Made by a program: the position numbers and the translations under genes. A stretch of 63,949 nt of DNA, counting the filler, from Ionaspis alba (taxonomy: Eukaryota): assembly GCA_964255285.1 (NCBI GenBank). It is 3 parts of 3 records of this genome, joined end to end, with 100 filler letters (N's around TTAATTAATTAA, not from the genome) between each part and the next. Parts side by side here need not be neighbours in the genome. Positions count along the whole stretch, not along the records: positions 1 to 22,560 come from CAXUUL010000204.1; positions 22,661 to 45,187 come from CAXUUL010000205.1; 1 more part is not named here. One strand, 5' to 3'. How positions within the stretch are numbered: position 1 is the stretch's first letter; each line of letters opens with the position of its first letter. Shown one piece after another: positions 10,732 to 23,242 of this stretch. The notes below the pieces were generated by a model, which ran no database searches, was not told the DNA's origin, and worked only from the letters and a program-made list of their open reading frames with translations.

Positions 10732-13700
10732 TCTTCCTTCCAGCGACATCGACAGCACCTAGCAGAGCTTCCTCTTCTTCTTCTTCCTCATCACCTTTGA
10801 TCTTTCTTGCAACATTCCCCGAGGCAGAGGTTGATACACATGTACCTTATCTCGGCGCAAAGAAAAGAAAATTCAAGTCTAGCTCCTTCCCTCTACTTTA
10901 CTTTCTCAGTCTCTTTCCCCTTGCTGTTTGCTGGCATGAGACGGACTTATATCAACCGAATTGTACGAAAAACAAAATTCCACTGAAGATGAAGGAGATT
11001 CACGAAGTTTGTACTGCTGTCTGCCGTCTTCGTCGATGTCTGTCCAGCTCAGCCTTCGAATTCCCGGACCCATCAATGTGTCCATTATCATCATCGGATA
11101 TCTTTGACGGCTTCTGAATGGTCCTGTACGGACTGTTGTGTGGTCCAAATAATCGGCATGCTCTTCTTGTGGCTTTGGTCTTTGTGGCTGGTCATCAGGT
11201 CGGATCGGTTTTACCTGCTAGTGGTGGTGGCGGTGGGGTTTTCTCTTTCTTCCCTTTGCGAACCATGGCTCTTGAGTTCATCACCCACCATCGCCGCTGG
11301 AGGCTTTGTGTACGTCTTGTTGAAAGCGATTACCGAGAATTTCCTGAAACCCTACTTACCGCTGTTTACATCTGCCTCAAAAAGTCTCTTTACCTGCGGA
11401 CTGTTTGCGTGTGATGGGGGGTGTGACTGTTGACTCTTCTTCGGGGATCTTCAATTACTACAGACTTCGCTTTTAGTATACGGGTGTTTTATGTATGGTT
11501 ATATGTTGTTTGTAAGGAGTGGTTCATTTATGTATGGATAATTGTTTTGTACCGTTTGTGCAATGGTGGCTAGGTGTGCAGATATCTTGAGTTCGGATGT
11601 AAATTTGATTGTTCGTGCCTCGGTGACATTNNNNNNNNNNNNNNNNNNNNNNNNNNNNNNNNNNNNNNNNNNNNNNNNNNNNNNNNNNNNNNNNNNNNNN
11701 NNNNNNNNNNNNNNNNNNNNNNNNNNNNNNGTGCAGATATCTTGAGTTCGGATGTAAATTTGATTGTTCGTGCCTCGGTGACATTTCATGAAGGGCAGCA
11801 CAGATGGATCCCAGCAGAATTCTGCGCTGTTGCGTCGTCTCCTTTTCCTCAGGCGCAACCACCTTCATCATGGTGTTCAAGGTGCGTCTTTTACTGCTAC
11901 CTCGACGAGAGCCTCCAATTTCTCATATCCCTTTCCTCGTTACTTGATGCATTTCAGTGTGTTTAATCGTTGTCTATCCACTGCATGAGTATTTCATCCC
12001 CAGCTTCTGTTTGTCTCCATTTATTGGTAGATGAAGTTCATCTGCACGGAACAGTGCAAGACTTGGCCAGTGTGCCTTCATTTCTTGGTCGTGATGGGCA
12101 TGATCAGTCGTCAAGACAAATAATGCTCAGATCGGTGAGAGTCAGACGACTTAATGCTCCGGGCCCATGGCCGTCCAGTAGCATTCCGTGTCTTGCAATG
12201 AGTCAACCTCAACTAATATGCCCCACCCCATATATCTGGATCTGTGCACTTAGCAAACACTTTCGACTTATATGCGCCCCGTGTCCGAGAGCTCCGGAGC
12301 TTGGTAAGAGTGGAAGTGGAAACAGCGGCGCGTATCCTTGTGGTGATCATGTTGATCATGTCCAGTCATTACCTATGGATAGGTGGGGCATGGGCATTTA
12401 TTCCTATTGCCGCGCCTGTATAGTTGAACAGTCTCACATATCGAATTATTTGTGGAGTCGTGCCTACCTCCGGGGGCTGACAAGACTTGCGCATATAATT
12501 CTGACGTGCAGATGTGCCGTTGTCGCGGGATTATTTATTATAGCTGTAGGCATGATCACTGAAGGACGGCTGCGAGGAGCAGGCATTCACGAAGATCTTC
12601 AAGGTGACATGATGAGAGTGTGGAGCGTCGATTTCATATTTCGGTGTTTCTACTACGTATATGCGCAGTGTGAGTCACTAACGGAGGATTACAATTCCTT
12701 GCGGGTGACAAAAATATATTCCGAGACATTTGCATTCGCCAGTGTTCTAGAAGAGAGAATTGGCGAGAGATATCGAGTCGTGCCAATCACGTCCCTTTGA
12801 GACGGACCGGTCAAGGCTTCTCGCTATGTATGAGGTTTGCATGGAGAAATAAAATCACGATCGCTGTGTATGAGACAGCGTCAGAAGCTACGAGCAGCCG
12901 TCAACGTTGGTGGTGAGGCTTTGACAATTGAACTGTGGCACAACTTTTCGAATAAAGATGACCAGCTTGCAGCTCAACAACGTGTGACCCTGTACGTAGA
13001 TCGTGTAGCAACACTTGCCACATATACGCCAAGATCCTCTCGATGTCATCCTAGAGGTCGCAATATCAGGACGCAGAGTTACCAGCTGAGTTTATTGACA
13101 CAAAATCCAACACAGGCAACCTTCTAGAAGAGTGTTGGGATTCCAGTGCGGCACGGCTTCGGCTGCCACGTTGCTTGTGAGCTGCGAGTGTAGGCAGGGG
13201 GCTGCGATGTCGCACCAGTGTTGGAACTTCGGATGCCACGTTGCACTCGACTGGCTGTGAATGCGGGAGACTCGGTCCATCGGAAATCATCACGGGGGCT
13301 TGGTGAGATGGTAGTGAGATTGATCGGGGACAGGCTCTCAGGGGATGGCCAGGAACTGCTTGGGTAGTTGTTGACGTTTTGAGGGATTGTTTGTGAGACT
13401 GCTGCCTCTCACGTGTGAGTCCTGATACTCGGAACGCAATCTGATCACCGCTGCAAGCAGAGTCCCCTTCAGCATATGCAGAGGATCGTGGATCTCGAGG
13501 GATGTTCCACGCTTAAGCTGCAGGTTCACTTCTACAAGAAATGATTTGTCCTAACGACACCCGGTTCAGATTGAGTTGGCCTTGAGACTGGTCAAGTAGT
13601 AAGTAAGCAGGCGTGATATATGGCCGCATCAGAGACATGAATATGTACAGTCAGCCACGAGTTGCAAGACATCTCAAATCATGTTTTTTCTAGAACGATA

Positions 13701-15044
13701 TACTGCGCCATACTCTCCCGAAGATACGCACTGACCGTGTATCGAGGCTTCACAATCTTTGACCCGAAGACTCAACATGTGAAATCTGATCGAGCCGAGT
13801 ACACACACCATCAAGGCTTTACTGCGCTCATTTGGCATCCAACAAGCCGCGTTGGCGGTGGCTCCCTCAGTCTACGGGAGGGCATAATGATCCAACTCGA
13901 TATGCTACTGCTACCACCACGAGGCGGCAAGGCAGGTACCCGGCCTCCGGGGTGAGACCCTCGATGACAAGAGGACGAGTAGAATCAAGTAACGAGAACA
14001 ATCCTTTTTGTTTTAGGCATCACGATATGGAGCATTCGGGCAGACACATGCGCTGTGTTTCTGAATCAAAGATTCAAGCATGCACAGACCGGAGAAGTAT
14101 TGCATATTCTCAGACCCAAGGCTCCTTGTGTAGGCAATCTCCCTGAACGCTGATCTTCCTCACACTTCACCCTTGGTTGCTCATCACACCGAGCCAAGCA
14201 TGGACCAACAGAATCCTCAGCATCATGGGAGAAGAGAGGAGACAGGTCCAAGGTGTATCCTGGGCAAGAATATCATAGTCGCCCGAGTAGGCGCTGTAGT
14301 GCTCAAGTACAGGGCCCGGAGAATTCGGGCACCCAAGTCATCCGAGAGTCGGTCGGCAGGGCAGGGCAGGGCAAGTCAAGGCATGGCAGAAACAGCGGGT
14401 TAATAGGATAGCTGCTCAGGGAGGACCGGGGCAGGAGGATTAGCTAGCAATTAGCAGCTTCAAACATCCCCGTTCCCACGTTGCATCTGCGCCTCACCTG
14501 TGTCATTTTTCCCACTCACCTCACATCCCTTACCATCCTTCCACCCCTCACACCGCACTCTCCTGCAGCAATCCATCATCCTGCTTCTCATCTAACACAC
14601 TCAACCTACATACCAGATCCCGGCCGGCTTCAGGGCCACCACGCGCTTGCATATCTCTAATTCCGACCAACTTATCCTCCTGTTGGCTCCGCCTCGTCGG
14701 AATCCAATTACACCACCTTTCTCACCGGATTACTGTCATTCATTCATATCAGCTTGCTGCACTACTGCCTACCGCACGTCCTCGCTCTAGTAGCAATACC
14801 CTCCCCGTTCACTTGTTCTTCCTTGGCTACACAAGCCCCATCTCTGAACCACCCCCTCCGCATCACCCACCCTGCAACAACTGAAACGGCCTCTTACAAG
14901 TTCACCGACAAACTCCACGTCAACCCACCCAACTTCTTTCTCCCTTGCACCGACCACCTTGCCCACACCCGCATCCCTTTATCGCTCCTAGCCTGCTACA
15001 AAGGGACTCCCAACCCCTCGGCCCCGTGACACTTCTTTTTCAGC

Positions 15045-16025
15045 ATGTCAACCGCTGCCCAAGCCGAGTTCGATGCCCTCATAGACAACAACGAAAACAG
15101 ACCCATAATTCACCTCGAGGACGCTGAAAACCACAGTGACCGGTCTGACTCCGTCTCCTCCACCCAAGACCGCCATCCCGCCCACTCGAGCGACGACGAG
15201 GAGAAGCGCAGCAACAGAGCCTCACCCACCATGCCCTCCGCCGTCTACCACATCCCCAGCGGGACTCACTTCGACGCCAACACAGGACCCAAGGGCGTCA
15301 TCGCCGACGCAAAGTCCTACGACAGAGCAAGAAAGCGCTCGTTCCGGCAAACGATCTATGCACTTTCGAACGGCATCTCGGGCAATGTCTTCCACGACAA
15401 GCAAAAGCCGGCCCCAACACGGGAGAAGAGCTCGAGTCCCGAAGTATCCGGCGACGACGACGAGGATGCATTCGTACAGAAATGGCGAGCAGAGCGCCTC
15501 AGCGAATTGCAGAGCGGTGGCCATGACCATCGAACGAGGCGGCTGAGTCCCAGCAAGAGGAGATATGGGCGGGTGGCTACGGTCGATGCTAATGGCTATC
15601 TGGATGCTATCGAGAAGGTGTCGCCGGAGACGATTGTTGTGGTGATGATCAGTGACGAGCAGGTTCGCTTATACTCTATGTCCTCACAGAACACTGGAAT
15701 ACGTGCTGACTGAATTACTCTAGTCAACGATCAGCGGAATCGTCGAAGATACAGTATCCACCCTGGCTCGCAAACACGAATTCACCCGCTTCGTCAAGAT
15801 CAGCTACGAAGAGGTCGAGATGGATCCTATCGCTGCACCCGCTATCCTGGCCTACAAGGCTGGGGACTTGATCGCCAACCTTGTTTCCGTCATTGACGAG
15901 ATCCCAGCCGGGAGGGATTTGAGCGCTTCGAGTCTGGAAGCTCTGCTGAAACAGTGAGTACTACTTCTACATACTACAGCGGTACAGATTACTAAACGTT
16001 TCATAGACGAAAAGTACTGTTCTGA
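15045..16025 (+). CDS. phnA: Phosducin-like protein (PhLP1; PhnA/BDM-1 type)
   Basis: NTGPKGVIADA motif, acidic DDDEDAFVQKWRAERLSEL, thioredoxin-like C-terminus (TRFVKISYEE...PAILAYKAGDLIANL); introns 15663-15723 and ~15954-16006. Confidence 0.9.
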
Positions 16026-17585
16026 ATAAAAAATACCCCCATTCTTACCTTCCCGACTCGGGGATCTACTTTCCACGTACATACTAGGGCTACCCTTCCA
16101 CTTTCATGACTCTCGACTCGGTGTACAGACAGACGAACATCATGGCATTTCTCCCTTTTTGCTTTTCCACACGACAGCGATATCTGGTCGATTGGCGTGC
16201 TAGCGCTCCAACAATCTCTCTTCCTCTTGTTCCAGGATTGGTTTGCTTTTGTTTTTTGGGTACACGGGGGCCTGGCATCAATGATACCCGTCTTCAATGG
16301 CACGAGATAATCTCCCGGTTTTGCTTATTGGCTTTTTTCTGCTTTGGGTGGCTTGGAAACAGATTGCTGGACAACCGAGGCTTTCCTTCTTGCTTGGTAA
16401 TGGGCTCTTGCTTGGGATGGCTTTCTGGTGCGGGATTTAGGAGGTTGTGTAGAGGACTGAGTTGCTGCGAGGATTAGCTGCTAGGGTTGTGGATCAGAGT
16501 GAGATAGAAATGGAAAAATGGTTGTTTATTTATTTCCGTGTCATTTTTGAACTTGATGGTGCGTTCAAGTTGCGTCAACTAACGTTAACAGCCTTCCATA
16601 TATCTTGGTATACATTCTACCCTCGCCGTCACCGCCGCTGCCGCTGCTAGGGCTGTATTTCTCGTTCACTTCTGCAGGGCTTGGATAGCATGCCGTGCCT
16701 ATCTCAACGATAGGGCCACGTCCTCTGCATATCCCTTCTTTCAGTTCAGTCTCTTGTGGTCTGCACCGTCCAGCCTTCCCTCTCCCTCTCCCCATATGTG
16801 CCATCCTCCATACCCTTTTGGGCTCATCTCTTTCAGCATCACGATGTATGGGCTTGACGCTGGCCGACGATATTTAACATAGGATGGATGGTATTACCTT
16901 GCGGCATTACCTATTTTATGTCGTGTTCGACGGACATCACGTGATTATCCAATTTCGGCTCAACCTTAGGTTGCCAACTCCATGGAGGTGTTATCACTTT
17001 TATGCCTCTGAAGCTTCTCTACGCTGTCCTTCATTATCCGAGGAGGTCACCTGACTTGCCCGGAAGCCGAGGAATATGGACTTGAATCAAGCTTGTTAGC
17101 TCCATCAATAGTGGATTCGTACACATTCGTGATGTCGAAGCTCAAGTCACGGTATCTATCCCGAAATAGGACTCATTCACACTCATGAATAACACAATAT
17201 ACGTTATTGAGGGTCATAGTGGAAGCCTGTCGTGATATCTGACACCTTCTCATCATTTCAAGGTGTCTATCCATCCCTATCACAAGAAGAAATAACTTAG
17301 TCCTAGCCCAATGCCACGGACTAAATACCACAACACCGCCCGACACATGGCATCGGTATCAACATAGTTAGTTGAGTGGTAGATAGATGGGCACAAAATG
17401 CACCGGGTATCAGTACACAGCAAACAGCTTCAGAGATAATGCCTAGATCGCCCACATCCGTCATATTTTCCATCGCAATATGCCAAACTCCTCGAACACA
17501 GGTATCAATTTTCCTTCGCGCGTAGACGCCGCAGATAGCTGTCGTTTGCTTGGTTAGTGCTTTTCGGGTCCCGGGAATCAATTCA

Positions 17586-18670
17586 CTATGCGCCTCCGAG
17601 TCGTTCGTGAGAGAAATCCCAGAGTATGCGGATGAGGTTCTCGGGTAGGGTGTAGAGATCTACGTGGAATTCACCGGCTAGGATTTTTGGTCAGCCGAAG
17701 TTCGATGACAGAGAGGCGAAGGACGGAGATACCATCCACGTCGTTCTTCGTCCACGACTCAGCGGTTTTGTGGTCGATTACCAGTTGCACTACCTTCAAG
17801 AGATCGTCTTCCTGGAGCCGTTGTAGGTTATCCGCGAGTTTATCCATATCGATCTATGTGCACTACTAAGAATTTGTCGCCAGTGATACTGGACTAGATA
17901 GAGGGTACATACTCCTTTCTCTGGCCGCTTCTTCTTCTTTGCTGATTCGTCTCCTTTTCGCTTGCCGTTCTCGTCACCTGGGACTGGTCCTGATTCTCGA
18001 AGTGCAGCAGTGAGAATGGGTTTCGGGTTTTTGAAGGTCTAGAACACGACCAAGTCATCAGTCTTATTGCCGCGAGATCGTGTCATGGCCGGAAGGATTG
18101 TGCCCACAATTGTATGCTTGGCCTCGTATCTAGCACTCTGGAAATTGAGATCGTGTGTGAGAGGATACTCTCCGCCCTTGTCAATCGCCGTAAGGATGAT
18201 CTCCATGTCAAACTCTCCCCATCCTTCTTCAGAAATTCGGAATGGCGGGGACGTGACAGCTGGAAGTTGAGGGTGATCAGCAGTTCTGCAGCTACCAGGA
18301 AGATGTACGAATCCAGCTTACTTTGGTTCGCACGCTTTTCAAAGGAAGGATGAAGCTTGTAGAGCGCTTTGCTGAAGACGGTAGCCGGCATTTCCTCGCC
18401 ATGCTCGTTCAGCAGGAACAGCTGGATATTCCATTTTCGCAAAGGGAATCCTTCCACTCCTGACGGTTTATCGCTAGGGGTCGGAACCAGCGTTAGCTGA
18501 AAGACACGGGTGAGACCCTTCACCAGGTGAAAGGCGTTGCGTACATGACCTTCTGTTCCGTCACGATCTTGACTGTTCTCTTGACCTATAGGATATCGAG
18601 GGTCAGTCAATCGTCCACATAGTGAGGACTGATGGCAATAAGGTTCATATTATATACTTACGTCTGGCAT
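17586..18670 (-). CDS. TAF14: YEATS-domain TFIID/TFIIF/SWI-SNF subunit Taf14
   Basis: 9-nt first exon ATGCCAGAC|gtaagt; MPDVKRTVKIVTEQ...EGFPLRKWNIQL...YKLHPSF...PPFRISEEGWGEFDM; C-terminal ET domain DMDKLADNLQRL..EFHVDLYTLP. Confidence 0.92.
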
Positions 18671-19148
18671 TATGGTCGACTTGCCACAGGGCTATAAGCT
18701 CGAGCGGTAGCTAAGCTAACAAGAAAAGATCACGGATCACCAATGGCAAGCAACTGACTGCATCCGGGCGCGCAATTGAAGGTCGGGTTTGGAGCGAGGA
18801 TGAGATTGGCGGGGTTGATTGGTGGTGGCCAGAACGCTAAGACAATAGGGACGAAACCCCAGGCACGCGTGTGGATCAGCCGCCGCTTAAGGGGAATCGA
18901 GGAGACCGACCTTCCGAACTAGTCCCGGAAAAACGTCCAATTATAATTTTAGAGCTCGCATGATATCTTATTCGGAATCCCATTCTCAGCTGTTCCCTCA
19001 AACATGGTTGTTTTGTCATCAAGATGAGGCGCAAGACTCCTTCGTGTGCTACACGGCGACCAAGATGATACTCATAGCAAAGTCACCACCAAACGCTCTC
19101 TGACAATTTCTTTCTCCTGCTTATCCTGCTCCGGCGCCGTCGGTCATC

Positions 19149-20302
19149 ATGTCTACCACCTTAGGGTCAGTCTGCATATCAAGCAAATATTGCAGTATGC
19201 ACTGACATTTTGCTTCCTAGTGCATTCATAGCTGGTGGAATAGCTGCTTGCGGTGCTGTTACAGTAACTCATCCATTTGAAACAGTGAAGATTAGGTAAA
19301 ACACCCAGAAGAGCTTCAGAGCCTTGCGCAAACTCCGACTAATTGCCCACACATAGGCTTCAGCTCCAAGGAGAATTACAAGCAAAGTCTGAGACACCAC
19401 GATTATACCGAGGTGCTTTTCATGGCGTTAAGGTCATATTACAGAACGAGGGGCCCAGAGGTCTCTTCCGAGGCATCGGGGCAGCCGTAAGTTAACGACG
19501 GTGCTGCTTATCAGTATGAAGTCGGCCTAATCATTGCGTAGTACATCTACCAGATGATCCTCAACGGCTGTCGATTAGGCTTCTACGAACCTCTACGCAA
19601 AGCATCCACAACAGCTATCTTTGGTAACGCAAACGTACAGTCCCTCGGCATCAACATCTTCTCTGGAGCTGCGTCAGGTATCCTTGGCGCTGCTGCTGGA
19701 TCGCCATTCTTTTTGGTCAAGACAAGACTGCAGTCCTACTCTCCCTTTCTCCCTGTCGGCACACAGCATGGCTACAAAAATGCGGTCGACGGTTTCCGCA
19801 AAATTGGTGGTACGGAAGGTTTCAAGGGTCTATATCGAGGCGTTGGTGCGGCCATGGTACGAACAGGCTTCGGAAGCAGCGTACAACTCCCAACATATTT
19901 CTTTGCGAAGAGGAGGTTGGTGAAGCATCTTGGTATGGAGGAAGGCCCTGCACTACATTTGGCTAGCAGTACTGTGAGTGGCTTTGTTGTGTGCTGCGTC
20001 ATGCATCCGCCAGGTTTGTTATAGCTCCTGCTGCCAAATGGGCTGACTAACCAATACTTGCAGACACTATCATGTCAAGGATGTACAACCAAACGGGAAA
20101 TCTTTATAGTGGCGTCTTCGACTGCTTATACAAGACAGTCAAGACCGAGGGCTTGTTGGCGATCTACAAGGGCTACTTTGCTCATCTGGCTCGGATATTG
20201 CCACATACGATATTGACTTTGAGTTTGGCCGAACAGACAAACAAGCTGATGCGGAAATTTGAGGATAGAGTTCTACCATCTTCCATCAAAGAGAAGATAT
20301 AG
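19149..20302 (+). CDS. OAC1: Mitochondrial oxaloacetate/sulfate carrier
   Basis: [38 protein letters not shown]; three PX(D/E)XX(K/R)-type carrier repeats; LNGCRLGFYEP; 4 introns. Confidence 0.92.
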
Positions 20303-20717
20303 ACACCTTTCCTTTACATGATCCATGGCGCAAGGAGGCACTGTGTACACTACATAGATGGCTAGATCGAGCGGACTGCTAAATAGACTTTTTCGAAGAC
20401 AACCATATCTAAAAGTCCTCGGCCTAGGTCAAGCTGACTAGTGACCGCATCACAGAAGAGAGAGGGAGGTGGATGTCTTCTCAGCATTGCCTTGATGACC
20501 ACGCCCAAGATTCGCACTTAATAGAGCATAATGGCTCACAATGAAAAGTCTGTCACACAATTTGAGTTGAATCTTGGTACTCGTTTGATACTTGGAGACC
20601 AAAACGTCCCACGAAAGCACACCACGACTTCATTTAGTACTTGTAGGGTTCACGAAATCACATGAGTTGGCGCCAAGTCAGCCCAGGCCTAAGCTAGGTT
20701 ACAACCTTGCATCATAG

Positions 20718-20740
20718 TCGCGACAAGGGTACACGCGCCG
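20718..20740. promoter_or_regulatory. MCB-like CGCG elements upstream of RNR2
   Basis: GTCGCGAC and ACACGCGC roughly 170 nt upstream of the RNR2 ATG once the gap duplicate is collapsed; fungal RNR genes are typical MBF targets. Confidence 0.4.
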
Positions 20741-21045
20741 AAGAACACGCTAAAAANNNNNNNNNNNNNNNNNNNNNNNNNNNNNNNNNNNNNNNNNNNN
20801 NNNNNNNNNNNNNNNNNNNNNNNNNNNNNNNNNNNNNNNNNNNNNNNNNNNNNNNNCAACCTTGCATCATAGTCGCGACAAGGGTACACGCGCCGAAGAA
20901 CACGCTAAAAATCATCTTTAAGTACTTCTGCCTTTGTTATTCCCTCCCTCACGTCTCACCACCCATCACTTCTCACGTATTTTCCTTACATTCGATCTCA
21001 ATCTGCAAGATACCATCCTTGCCTCATCTAAAGTCTTATCATACA

Positions 21046-22469
21046 ATGGCAACACAAGTGACACCTTCGAAGCAGGTATATAATCCCCCGCCACGCCGCT
21101 CCTTACCCCACCGTCGTTCTCAAAGCTAATTGTTTCTCCACTCAGGCTGCTTCAGGACTCGAGAGTCTCAAGATGAATGCTTCTCCAGTCAAGAAGATCA
21201 CTTTCGAGGCTGTCGGCAAGGAGAACATCGCTGATGATGTTCCTGTCATTGACGAACCCGAAGAGAAGGAGCCAATTCTCGAGATCGCCAAGAAGGAACA
21301 GAAACCTGCTGTGGCACCCGGGATTAAGCCAGAGGAAGCGGATGAGCCTCTTCTTCAGGAGAATCCTCATCGTTTCGTGCTTTTCCCAATCAGATATCAT
21401 GAGGTTCGTGTATTCTACGCGTCACGTGTTAAGTGTCCTCGCAGCAAAACACTGACCTTCTACCAGGTTTGGCAAATGTACAAAAAGGCTGAAGCATCCT
21501 TCTGGACCGCCGAAGAAATCGACTTGTCGAAGGATCTTCATGACTGGAACAACCGATTGAATGATGACGAGCGTTACTTCATCTCTCATGTCCTTGCTTT
21601 CTTCGCTGCTTCTGACGGAATTGTCAACGAGAACCTCGTCGAACGATTCAGCGGAGAAGTACAAATACCTGAAGCTCGCTGCTTCTATGGATTCCAGATT
21701 ATGATGGAGAATATTCATTCTGAGACATACTCGCTACTCATCGACACTTACATCAAAGAGCAGAAGCAGCGAACATACCTCTTTGATGCCATTGACACTA
21801 GTAAGCGCCACTTGAATCAAATCAAACTACATACATTCTGATATGGTTACAGTTCCATGCATTCGCAAGAAGGCCGATTGGGCTATCAAGTGGATTCAAG
21901 ACAAGAACTCCACCTTCGCCCAACGCCTTGTCGCCTTTGCCGCGGTCGAGGGTATCTTCTTCAGTGGGTCTTTCGCATCTATCTTTTGGCTTAAGAAGCG
22001 CGGTCTCATGCCCGGCCTCACCTTCTCGAACGAGCTTATTTCGCGCGACGAAGGTCTCCACACCGACTTTGCCTGCCTACTCTTCTCACACCTGAACAAT
22101 CGGCCAAGCAAACAAGCCGTTCAAGACGTCATCACCGAGGCTGTCACCATCGAGCAAGAGTTCTTGACTGATGCTCTACCATGCGCACTTCTCGGCATGA
22201 ACGCCACTCTGATGAAACAATATATTGAATTCTGTGCTGATCGTCTACTTCTTGCTCTCGGCAACCAGAAGTTCTACAACGCAACCAACCCATTCGACTT
22301 CATGGAGTCGATCTCGCTCGCTGGCAAGACCAATTTCTTCGAGAAACGGGTTGGTGACTACCAGAAGGCCGGCGTCATGGCCAGCACCAACAAGAAAGAG
22401 TCGACCGGCGAAGAGGTCGAGAATAAGAATGAGATTGGCGGAGACTTCAACTTCGATGAAGACTTCTAG
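21046..22469 (+). CDS. RNR2: Ribonucleoside-diphosphate reductase small subunit
   Basis: [67 protein letters not shown]-terminal FNFDEDF; 3 introns. Confidence 0.98.
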
Positions 22470-22560
22470 TCCGATTCTCCGCTTTCGTCCTGTCTCTGTA
22501 CTTTATTTGTTTTGCTGGGAGATACCTCCATCGTCTACGTCACCGTGTTTAGATCGCGGA

Positions 22561-22660
22561 NNNNNNNNNNNNNNNNNNNNNNNNNNNNNNNNNNNNNNNN
22601 NNNNTTAATTAATTAANNNNNNNNNNNNNNNNNNNNNNNNNNNNNNNNNNNNNNNNNNNN
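22561..22660. other. Artificial contig linker (N-run + TTAATTAATTAA six-frame stop + N-run)
   Basis: TTAATTAATTAA at 22605-22616 between N runs. Confidence 0.95.
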
Positions 22661-22661
22661 C

Positions 22662-22754
22662 GAGTTGAGTAGGAGGGGGAGTGTGGATGAGAGGGCTATG
22701 ACTATGAGGGGGGCTGTGAGGTTGTTTGTAGCGAATCCGGATTTGAGTGATTGA
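22662..22754 (+). CDS. 3' end of a truncated gene (…ELSRRGSVDERAMTMRGAVRLFVANPDLSD*)
   Basis: Open frame from the contig edge to TGA 22752-22754; G-rich composition like other gene 3' ends here; RRGS PKA-type site and LFVANPD terminal motif. Confidence 0.65.
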   Translation, partial: ELSRRGSVDERAMTMRGAVRLFVANPDLSD

Positions 22755-23242
22755 GGGTTTGTGAGAGGGAAGGAGGGGAATGGGGATGGGTGAGGGTGAA
22801 TGGTTGGATGGAGGGTTGGCAACGGGGTTGGATATTGCAGGTTTTGGCGTTTTTGGTGCGACCGGCTACGGCTTGGTGTCGATCGTTTTACTCTAGCAAT
22901 CGAGCGGAGTTTTTTTTGGAGTTCAGATATCGTGACTACTTCAATGATTGGATCTAGTGATATCTGTGAGATCCGTTGATGCGTGTTGCTGACATCTGAA
23001 GTATTTCTGGCACTTTTGGGCGTTGCGTGTTTGGTGGTTAACAGCTTTATCGGAAGGCTACCGAGAAAACCTCTCAATATCGATGTGATCAGAGCAAATA
23101 TATATATGGAGGAGGTCATGAATTGATTGATATCCAAATATCGTGCTCTATTCCCTTCTATTTCTATATCTAAGCCCAAACCCATTTCACATCTCCCAGC
23201 ATCCTGAAAACATCCCACGCAAATTATAATATTCCCGGACCT

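Noticed and set aside
11970..12800. 276-aa ORF in the G-beta–phosducin spacer
   Set aside because: TTG start, random-looking Cys/Arg-rich composition, no codon bias or domain.
22613..23218. 201-aa minus-strand ORF
   Set aside because: Antisense shadow of the G-rich 3' end and UTR of the plus-strand gene fragment; runs into Ns.
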